This document shows, piece after piece, positions 1 through 7,709 of a stretch of DNA of 64,000 bases. How positions within the stretch are numbered: the first letter of the stretch is position 1; each line of letters opens with the position of its first letter. Origin of the DNA: Pelagomonas calceolata (Eukaryota); the NCBI GenBank assembly GCA_918797485.1, contig CAKKNE010000003.1:1116001-1180000 (forward strand), given 5' to 3'. The position numbers were made by a program, and so were the translations under genes. The notes under the pieces are model-generated. The model did not search any database. It saw only the letters and a list, made by a program, of their open reading frames with translations, and was not told the origin of the DNA.

Positions 1-434
1 GCTCGCAGGCCGCCCGCCCATCGTTTCAGGCGCTCGGCGTACGGTCGCGCGTCGTTCATGTGGTCAATCACAATAACACAGTACATCGGCGGCGCCGTGG
101 GCTCGCTGACGACAGAGGCGGACTCGGTGGCCGCCGCGTAGCAGGGCCCCGCTTCCTGCAGCACCGCGAGAACGCACTCCTCATTGTCGCAAAAGGAGCT
201 CAGCCGGCTCGCGACGTCCTCGCGCACCGATCGCGGCAATTGTGCCGCGTCGACGTCCACGATCGGCGCTGCGCGGCCCGGGTAGCCGTCGGGCAGAACA
301 ACATTCACAACAAGGCCGTCGACGCGCACGGAGATGCTGTTCTCGGAACGCGAGCACACGTCATCCCCGTAGATCGCTGCGATGGCGTCCAGCTCGGCTG
401 CTCGGCGCTCCTGCGCTTCAGCGTGCTCTGCCAT
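1..434 (-). CDS. RWD-domain protein (RWDD2/3-like), 3' end runs off the window
   Basis: Manual translation from ATG 434: MAEHAEAQERRAAELDAIAAIYGDD...VVLPDGYPGRAAP (RWD 'E..AL.AIY' and 'LP..YP' motifs), then VVVIDHMND. Frame is open to the window edge. Confidence 0.7.
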   Translation of the reverse strand, partial: MAEHAEAQERRAAELDAIAAIYGDDVCSRSENSISVRVDGLVVNVVLPDGYPGRAAPIVDVDAAQLPRSVREDVASRLSSFCDNEECVLAVLQEAGPCYAAATESASVVSEPTAPPMYCVIVIDHMNDARPYAERLKRWAGGLR

Positions 435-754
435 CCGTAGTGTTGCGTGGATTCGCTGCGATGGCAATAATGCTAGGCCATAATGCGCCGGGCTGACAAG
501 CCCTGCGACGGCGAGGTCAGCATTTTGGCCAGCTAGACATACTCAGCAAAACCCCCTCTCAGCCTGATCACATGAGACGTCGACACGCTCCGGCTATAGT
601 CATCATCTGCGCAGTGCAAGCGCGCTCTCCAGCACGCCATCGACCCTGCTCATAGATCCCAAGCGGATTCTCAATCGCTTCGGGCGATCGGCGCGGTATT
701 GCTGCAGTGCACTCTCTGTGCAGCACCAAGACGACTGCAATTCGCGCCGCACAG

Positions 755-1168
755 ATGCTCGCCAGGACACGACGCATCCTCAGGCCACAGCCCATGCGGC
801 GGGCGCCGCAAAACCGACGCTTCGGCGCACCACGGAAGCCGCCGGAGGAGCCGCCACGGTCGGCGGACCCGTTCGCGTTCTTGTTCGGGCGCGACATGTG
901 GCTCGGCGGCGGCGTCGCGGCGTTGGGGGCTGTTTGTGTTGCGAACTACTACGCCGACCAGACCGACGCAAGAAATGCCGACGAGGAGGCGCGCGAGGCC
1001 GAACGGCGTGACGCGATTCGTAAGCAGCGCGAGGAGAGACGTCGCGCGCTCGACGCGCCGACGCGCCTCGCGTTCAAGCGGCGGCAGCTGGCGCAGTCTC
1101 AGCAGGCCGGCGACGCCGCGCGCGTCGCGGAGTTGCGGCGCGAGATCGCGGCGCTCGAGAAGAGCTAG
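755..1168 (+). CDS. Small hypothetical protein, probable mitochondrial presequence plus one TM helix and coiled coil
   Basis: Arg-rich N-terminus MLARTRRILRPQPMRR, hydrophobic WLGGGVAALGAVCVA, charged helical C-terminus. Confidence 0.55.
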   Translation: MLARTRRILRPQPMRRAPQNRRFGAPRKPPEEPPRSADPFAFLFGRDMWLGGGVAALGAVCVANYYADQTDARNADEEAREAERRDAIRKQREERRRALDAPTRLAFKRRQLAQSQQAGDAARVAELRREIAALEKS

Positions 1169-1272
1169 TTTAAGTTTTCTGTTGTCATTCACAAACATAC
1201 TTAGTCCTGGTGCGCCGTCGCGGCGATGGCGTGGAAGACTCTGCGCGAAGGAACACGCACGACGAAAGCCCA

Positions 1273-2307
1273 TCAGAACGTGTCGAACTGGTGGAACTTC
1301 TCCTGGCCCTTCCCATCGAGAGGCTCCTCGATGCCCGGCTCCGAGTCGGGATACCGGTCGAAGTGGCGCGTGTCGTTCGGCGCGCCGATCTCCGGCACGT
1401 ACGGCGCCTTGACCTGCTCGTAGTACAAGGCGTCCCAGTTGACCTTGGCGAACCACGAGTGCGCCTTCAGTTCATCGGCCCCTCTATCTCGGCAGCCTAG
1501 CCTCTTCGTCCGGTCCCGCACAATCAACTTCTTCAAGATAGAAGAAGCCTTGTCATCGACGTGCGGCGGGACCTGGAACTTGCCCGCGAGGATCTTTTCG
1601 TAAACCCCAAAGGGCGACTGGTCGAAGAAGGGCGGGTGCCCGGCCGTCATTTCGAAAATCAGAATCCCGAGGCCCCACCAGTCCACGGATCTACCATGTC
1701 CTAACCCGTTGATGACTTCTGGTGCCGTGTATTCCGGAGTTCCGCAGTTCGTGAAAGTTCTTTCCTCGACGACCTTGGCAAATCCAAAATCGCACAGCTT
1801 AATGTTGCCGTTGATGTCGATGAGGATGTTCTCCGGCTTCAAGCCTCGATAGGCAATGTACATGCCATGTAAATATTGAAACGCTAAGACAACTTCGGCG
1901 GCGTAGAACTTGGCCCTATCGTTCGACAGTTTGCCGGAATTGCGCAACAATGCGTAGAGCTCGCCCCCTATAACTAATTCCATCAGCAAGTACAACCTTA
2001 ATTCATCCTGGAAGTGCGCTCGCAAGTCGACGATGAAGGGATGCTGCAGGATCCTTAACAACCTTACTTCATTACACATATGATCTAACTGGTCCATCTT
2101 GAGGATATATTCCTTTTTTACCATTTTCAGGGCGTAGTACGAGTCCTCTTCCATACATCTAACTAATCGTACCCTACCGAAAGTACCGGTGCCCAGGGTC
2201 TCGAAGATCTCGAACTGCGACAGCGCGTAGTTGTACTTTTCTTTCCTTACGGGTTCGGTCCGCGGGCAGCCCCCATACCGCTTCCAGCCGGTGCCGAAGA
2301 GGCCCAT
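1273..2307 (-). CDS. PKA catalytic subunit/PRKX-like AGC kinase with catalytic-loop Asp replaced by Gly
   Basis: GTGTFGRV, YALK, YRGLKPEN, DFG, CGTPEY, DWWGLG, AGC C-tail ending in FDTF (FxxF). Confidence 0.9.
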   Translation of the reverse strand: MGLFGTGWKRYGGCPRTEPVRKEKYNYALSQFEIFETLGTGTFGRVRLVRCMEEDSYYALKMVKKEYILKMDQLDHMCNEVRLLRILQHPFIVDLRAHFQDELRLYLLMELVIGGELYALLRNSGKLSNDRAKFYAAEVVLAFQYLHGMYIAYRGLKPENILIDINGNIKLCDFGFAKVVEERTFTNCGTPEYTAPEVINGLGHGRSVDWWGLGILIFEMTAGHPPFFDQSPFGVYEKILAGKFQVPPHVDDKASSILKKLIVRDRTKRLGCRDRGADELKAHSWFAKVNWDALYYEQVKAPYVPEIGAPNDTRHFDRYPDSEPGIEEPLDGKGQEKFHQFDTF

Positions 2308-2794
2308 CACTCAAGCGGCTCGTCTGTGGTGAGGGGGCTGTGGTGGCGCCGAGAATCGAACGACTGCACTTCGCGGCGGTGGCTTTTATTGGTCGCGTTC
2401 GTCGAGCTGTGCGACACACAGGCGGGCGTGTGGGGCAGCCCTTTTGGGAGCGTCTAGCGCGGCCAAAATCTGGCATCGGCCGCGCCTTGGCGGCGCGCGC
2501 ATGCGTCCATGGTCTCCAAGAGGGCTAGGAGACGTCTCCGGGATTCGTACAATGAGGCCGCGGCGGCGTCGACCGCGGTTCGGGTTGGGGTAAACACTGG
2601 CTATAGCGCCAGCTGCCCTGCCCGGCGCCCCGCGGCCCGCGCTGTTACGCGAGGCACGAAGCCAGCAGACGCGTTACGTCGTACGCGACGCCTCGCAGCA
2701 CACCGTGTGAGCAGTACGTAACGTCGTCGTCGCGCAGCGCTACATACCTAGTTGGGGCAGCCTCTCTGCGGCGTCGTGAGGCTGAAACGACACC

Positions 2795-3362
2795 ATGAAG
2801 GACACGGTCCACCCCGTGGACGAGGTCATCAACAAGATGAAGGAGGTCGAGGGCTTTGGGGGGTTTGTCATCTGCAATAATGATGGCGTCGTGTTGCGGC
2901 ACGAGAACCTGGGAGCGGCGGACAAGCTAGGTATTCATCTGTGTGGAAATCAACCAGTGAGTCGGGTGCACCCGACAAATCTTCACTAAGTCATTTCTCG
3001 GCGACGACGTGGCCGCGCTGGCTCCGGCGAGCGGCGAGGAATCGGCATCGCCACGCCATCGAGCAGGCGTCGCGTCGACGGCGTGGAGGACGACGCGGCG
3101 ATTCAGCACGAACGCGCCGTCAAATTTTGATTTCCGCACAGGTATTCATCATGCATATCACGCCCTCGACCTGATGAACAAGGCGCGGGACCACATCCGG
3201 ACGTTGTTTGAAGCGCCGGAGAATGAATTGGAGAGCGTGCGATTGAAGACGGACAACTACGAGATGATCATCTCGCAGGTCGGCAACTACACGCTCTGCG
3301 TCATGCAGAAGCCACCGGTCGAGGAGGTCGCGGAGGAGGGCGAAGCGGCGGCGGCGGAGTAG
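2795..3362 (+). CDS. Roadblock/LC7 dynein light chain, 118 aa; exons 2795-2930 and 3142-3362
   Basis: Removing GT..AG 2931-3141 joins two ORFs in frame: ...EGFGGFVICNNDGVVLRHEN...GIHHAYHALDLMNKARDHIRTLF...ELESVRLKTDNYEMIISQVGNYTLCVMQ, a Roadblock pattern. Confidence 0.85.
2931..3149 (+). mobile_element. Introner copy 1: element 2939-3141 plus 8-bp TSD; intron 2931-3141 (211 nt, GT-AG)
   Basis: TSD GTATTCAT at 2931-2938 and 3142-3149. TIRs CTGTGTGGAAATCAA / TTGATTTCCGCACAG (14 of 15 paired). Confidence 0.92.
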
Positions 3363-3412
3363 TGTTGGGCTCGGACTAAGTTGTGCTCTCTTTTACGGCG
3401 GCGACGGGTAAC

Positions 3413-3436
3413 GCTAGCGGCCGGTAAGACACTAGC
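3413..3436 (+). promoter_or_regulatory. Recurrent intergenic motif GCTAGCG-N4-GTAAGACACTAGC
   Basis: Near-identical copies at 8 or more intergenic sites; this one is 200 bp upstream of ATG 3636. Confidence 0.55.
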
Positions 3437-3635
3437 AAGCAGCAAGGCTCGGCTGCCATTCGCTTTGTAGCCAGGCGGGCACGTCTGAGCTTCGTTGCAA
3501 GGTCAAATTATCTTCTTCTTATACGGCGACAAGCTTGCGCGCCGAATCATCAGTGATCGTGAGGCGCACGGAGAGCACAGGGGCCACATTTACAAGGCAC
3601 AGCTGCAGCGTGCCAGCACTCGCCAGCCGAGCATC

Positions 3636-4616
3636 ATGCGCAGCCTCGTCGGCCTGCTCGCTCTCACGCTCGTCGGCGCGCAAAGTCCGGACGCCGCCGG
3701 CGCGCAAAGCTCGGACGCGTTCCCCGCCCGGCTCTCAGGCCTGGCGCCGTCGCCGACGACGCCGATGGTCGTCTTCCTGGCCGGGTTTCCGGACGACACG
3801 CGTTCCTTTGACAGCGTCGCGCCGGCGTTCGAAGGCACGCACGCTGTCCTCAAGCTGGCGCTGCCCGGCTACGAGGGCGCGCCGGTCTCCGAGAAGTGGG
3901 GCCTGTCGTTCAAGGTGCTCATTGAGAAAATGCACGACGCAGTGGAAGCCCAGCCGCACGGCGACCTGTTTCTCGTGGCACACGATTGGGGCGCATATTT
4001 AGGTCTGCTCTACGCGGACAAACACCCGACCGAGGTCGCGAAACTGGCCTTACTGGACATCGGCCATCAGAAGATGAGTGATAAACAGTCGCTCGCGGAG
4101 TACGTGGTAGGACCGACCTACCAGCTCTTCTTGGCCTGGTGCTTTGTGATGGACGCGATTGGTCTCCGGCCCGTCGCCTGGCTCGCGAACGCGCTGTTTC
4201 CCTGGCAGACCATCGGGCCATGCAATCACGAAACGGTTTTGCCCACCGGCGTTATGGAGTGGATGGCCAAGCCGGACTTCCGCACTTGCTACCCTTATTT
4301 CGTACTCTGGACGGACCTTTTGTTGGGCCGGGCCTGGCTGCCGGCGATGCCAAGCATGCCGACGCTGTTCATCTACGGCACGCGGAAGAGGATGATGTTC
4401 CACACGGACCGCTTCCTCGCCGAGCTCCGCGAGCGGACCGACGGGTCGCGGAGCGTGGCGCTCGACTGTGGCCATTTCCTCCAGGCGCAGAAGCCTGACG
4501 AGGTCGCCGCGGAACTGACGTCATTCTTCGAGGGCCGCCGCACACGCTCCTTCCATATTCCCCACGAGGCCGAGGAGGCGTCGCCCAAGCCCACCGCGGC
4601 CCGGGGCGAGCTCTGA
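3636..4616 (+). CDS. Alpha/beta hydrolase, epoxide hydrolase-like, with signal peptide
   Basis: Signal-like MRSLVGLLALTLVGA; LAGFPD (HGFP-like), AHDWGA nucleophile elbow, CGHFLQ catalytic His. Confidence 0.85.
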   Translation: MRSLVGLLALTLVGAQSPDAAGAQSSDAFPARLSGLAPSPTTPMVVFLAGFPDDTRSFDSVAPAFEGTHAVLKLALPGYEGAPVSEKWGLSFKVLIEKMHDAVEAQPHGDLFLVAHDWGAYLGLLYADKHPTEVAKLALLDIGHQKMSDKQSLAEYVVGPTYQLFLAWCFVMDAIGLRPVAWLANALFPWQTIGPCNHETVLPTGVMEWMAKPDFRTCYPYFVLWTDLLLGRAWLPAMPSMPTLFIYGTRKRMMFHTDRFLAELRERTDGSRSVALDCGHFLQAQKPDEVAAELTSFFEGRRTRSFHIPHEAEEASPKPTAARGEL

Positions 4617-4712
4617 TTCGCAAGTGGTGTCAACCAGAATGCCCCCCGCAAGAGCTCTGAAGGCGACATGTATGCTTGTTGACCTGTGTATGAACTAAGT
4701 ATAACGTATCTA

Positions 4713-5528
4713 TTAGGTGTCGGAAGAAGCCGCGTTCCCAACAACAACATCCACGCGCCGCTCCGGCGCGTAGCGCGCGCCCCGCCGCAGCGGCACGCGC
4801 CCCGTCAACAGGTCGGCCGGCACGGACGCGCAGCCGTCGACGTAGTCCGTTCGGACGACGTCGCAGGCCGCAAGCGCTTCCAGCGCGAGCGTCGCGCCCG
4901 GCGAGACGGCGTCGCGGAGGCGCGCGTCGAGCGGCGCCGCGCGCGGGAGCCGGGGCCAGCTCGCGCGCGGGAGCAATAGCGGCGCGACGCGTGCGTCGCG
5001 CAGCGCGGCCCAGGGCGCAAAGCGCGGCGCGCCGCCGCTCCCGCACCGCAGCAGCGCCTCGGCGAAGAAGCGGCGCGCCGGCGTCGCGATCGCCTCGCGG
5101 TCGTCTTCGTTCCAGACGAGCGGCACGAGCGCGACCTCCGCGAACGCGGCGTGGTCGCGCAGGAGGCTCGCGAGCGGCGTCGCCGTGACCGTGCCGTTGA
5201 GGTCCGCGCGCAGGACGCGGCTCACGCCGTCGCGCTCGACGACGACGACGCCGACTCCGTCGTAGGGGTAGGCCTCGTCGACGCGGGCGGCGGCGTCGGC
5301 GAGGGCCGCCGCCGGGCCGCGGTCGAGCGCCTTGTGCCGCACGCAGACGAGGTCCAGCGTCCGCGCGTCGCGCTCGATGAGCCACGCCGTCGAGCCCTCG
5401 ACGAGGGGCTTCGGCCGTGTCTTCTTGGCGTCGTCGAACTTCTGCCTCTGCTTGCCGTAGGCAAAGAGCTCCCAGCCGACGAGCGAGCCCGGCACGAGAC
5501 CCGCGGCGGCGAAGCGGCGCCAGGCCAT
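4713..5528 (-). CDS. Hypothetical protein, 271 aa
   Basis: ATG-started ORF with protein-like composition filling the gap between recognised genes. Confidence 0.55.
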   Translation of the reverse strand: MAWRRFAAAGLVPGSLVGWELFAYGKQRQKFDDAKKTRPKPLVEGSTAWLIERDARTLDLVCVRHKALDRGPAAALADAAARVDEAYPYDGVGVVVVERDGVSRVLRADLNGTVTATPLASLLRDHAAFAEVALVPLVWNEDDREAIATPARRFFAEALLRCGSGGAPRFAPWAALRDARVAPLLLPRASWPRLPRAAPLDARLRDAVSPGATLALEALAACDVVRTDYVDGCASVPADLLTGRVPLRRGARYAPERRVDVVVGNAASSDT

Positions 5529-5773
5529 CTTACAGCTGTTGATTTCTGATGCGTGTGCGCGTCTTTGGCTGCGCTGCGTGAGCCGAGAGGCAGCCGTGCG
5601 GCAGCTGTGCTGGAGGGCTCAATGAGGTGGCTTTTGAGATCAACCACTGCTGTGAGTGTTCAGGGCCACAGTCGCTACAGCGTGGATGAGCAAGTGATTT
5701 CTCTACGTTTGCGATCGATGGGCTCTTCTCGTTGCTTTTAGCGCCTCTCAAAACCGGTTTTGGGTGTGGGCTA

Positions 5774-5796
5774 GCTAGCGTCTGTAAGACACTAGC
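5774..5796 (+). promoter_or_regulatory. Recurrent intergenic motif GCTAGCG-N3-GTAAGACACTAGC
   Basis: Between divergent genes, about 85 bp upstream of ATG 5882. Confidence 0.55.
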
Positions 5797-5881
5797 AAGC
5801 CGAGCAGCAGCAGCAGCACTTTGCGAGGATTACAAGCGGCTGCGCGCGGCGCATCGCTGCGTCCCTTGCCACTCTGCACAG

Positions 5882-7525
5882 ATGCGCCTCACCCTCGCAC
5901 TCCTCGCATGCAGCGCGGCCGCGGCGGCGGAGCGCGCCTGCGAGGCGCTGCCGCCTTTAACAACCACGCGAACGAAGCCCTCCGTCGACGGCGGCTCGAA
6001 CCTGTTCATTGGTGGAGCGAGAAAGCCCTGGGACGGCCGCGTCGCCGAGGTGACGAGCCCGGTGTTTGACGAGGCGACCGGCGCGAAGGCGGTCCTGGGC
6101 CGCCTCGCGCAGATGGACGCGACGGCGGCGAGCTGGGCCGCCGACGCGGCGAGCGAGGCCTGGGACCGGGGCCAGGGGCCCTGGCCCCAGGCGTCGCTCA
6201 AGGAACGAGCGGCAGCGATCCGCGCGTTCCTCGACGAGCTCGAAAAAACGAAGCGCGACGAAATCATCGAGGTCCTCATGTGGGAGATCGCCAAGACCAA
6301 GCAGGACGCGACAAAAGAATTTGATAGGACCGTGGCCTTCGCGCGGACCGTCGTAGATCAAGCTTTACAAACCGACGCGACGGAGCAATTTGGAAGATGG
6401 ACCGGCGTCTCGGGCGTAAGGGCACGAGTCCGACGGGGCCCGGTAGGCGTGACGTTGATGCTGGCGCCCTACAATTACCCCTTAAATGAAATGTACGCGA
6501 TGATGATGCCCGCGTTACTGATGGGAAACCCCGTGATTTTGAAATTGCCGGCGATCGGGGCGTTAGCGCACGTTTTGACGATTGACGCCCTGCAGAAATG
6601 TTTACCGAAAGGTGTGGTGAACTTTGTCAGTGGTTCGGGGCGGGAAACGCTACCGAGCGTGATGCAGGGCGGGCTGGTGGACTGCCTCGGGTTCATCGGC
6701 GGGTCGAAGGGCGCCGACGCGCTCATCAAGCAGCACCCGCACCCGCATCGATTGAAGGTGTTTTCCCAGTTGGAGGGGAAGAACCTGGGGATTGTCTTCG
6801 CGGACGCGGACCTGGACGAGGCGGTGCGCCAGATTTTGTTGGGCGCGCTGTCGTACAACGGCCAGCGGTGCACGGCCATCAAGTTGGTGATTGCCGAGAA
6901 AAGTATCGCGCCGGTCTTGGTCGACAAGTTGTCCAAGGCCATCGAAGAGTTACCAAGGGGCCTGCCGTGGGACGCCGGCGTCGAGATCACCCCCCTCCCG
7001 GAGCCGAACAAGCCCCAGTACCTCGCCGAGCTGGTGGAGGACGCGACGAGCCAGGGCGCTCTTATAAAAAACGCGCGGGGCGGCGCGACGAACGGCCAGC
7101 TCTACCACCCCGCTCTGGTGTATCCGGTGACCCCGTCGATGCGCCTCTTCCACGAGGAGCAGTTCGGACCCGTCGTGCCCGTCGCCGAGTTCGAGCAGGT
7201 GAGTGAAGTCATTGACGTCGTCAAGGCGTCGTGGAACGGCCAGCAGGCCGCGGTGTTCACGTCGGACGCGGCCAAGGCGGCGCCGCTCGTCGACGCGCTG
7301 TCTACCATCGTCGGCCGGGTCAACGTGAACATGCAGTGCGCGCGGGGGCCCGACGTCTTCCCCTTCTCGGGGCGACGGTCGTCGGCCATGGGCACGATGT
7401 CGACCACCGAGTCGCTGCGGGCCTTCTCCGTCGAGACGCTCGTCGCCGTGCGCGACGACGACGCGGGGCGGGCGTTCGGCGACGCGCTCTCGACGCGGGC
7501 GAAGTTCCTGCTGCCGACGGCGTAG
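5882..7525 (+). CDS. Aldehyde dehydrogenase family, probably non-phosphorylating NADP-GAPDH (GapN-like), with signal peptide
   Basis: APYNYPLNE, FIGGS, SYNGQRCTAIK (catalytic Cys), EEQFGPV, RGPDVFPFSG; N-terminus MRLTLALLACSAAAA. Confidence 0.85.
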   Translation: MRLTLALLACSAAAAAERACEALPPLTTTRTKPSVDGGSNLFIGGARKPWDGRVAEVTSPVFDEATGAKAVLGRLAQMDATAASWAADAASEAWDRGQGPWPQASLKERAAAIRAFLDELEKTKRDEIIEVLMWEIAKTKQDATKEFDRTVAFARTVVDQALQTDATEQFGRWTGVSGVRARVRRGPVGVTLMLAPYNYPLNEMYAMMMPALLMGNPVILKLPAIGALAHVLTIDALQKCLPKGVVNFVSGSGRETLPSVMQGGLVDCLGFIGGSKGADALIKQHPHPHRLKVFSQLEGKNLGIVFADADLDEAVRQILLGALSYNGQRCTAIKLVIAEKSIAPVLVDKLSKAIEELPRGLPWDAGVEITPLPEPNKPQYLAELVEDATSQGALIKNARGGATNGQLYHPALVYPVTPSMRLFHEEQFGPVVPVAEFEQVSEVIDVVKASWNGQQAAVFTSDAAKAAPLVDALSTIVGRVNVNMQCARGPDVFPFSGRRSSAMGTMSTTESLRAFSVETLVAVRDDDAGRAFGDALSTRAKFLLPTA

Positions 7526-7559
7526 TAGGAGTGGTAACTTCACACAGTTATTAGTTTCC

Positions 7560-7709
7560 CCCTCGACGACGCGCCACAAGGTCTTCGAGTGCGCTCTCAG
7601 CGTCCGCAGCTCTGCGAGCTTCGACAGGTCTATTTTCTCGGCTTCGCGCCGTCGCTTCTCCTCCTCGGCCTTGGCGGCGGCGGCACGGCGTCTTCGCTCC
7701 GCCTCGGCG
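7560..7709 (-). pseudogene. Orphan linker plus WD40-like stub downstream of the kinase-receptor gene (relic or alternative 3' exon)
   Basis: Reads AEAERRRRAAAAKAEEEKRRREAEKIDLSKLAELRTLRAHSKTLW; 7652-7684 is identical to 9480-9512. Confidence 0.5.

Noticed and set aside
6950..7560. ORF 6950-7882 (-) as a full independent gene
   Set aside because: Most of it is antisense to the ALDH CDS; only 7560-7709 looks protein-derived and is reported separately.
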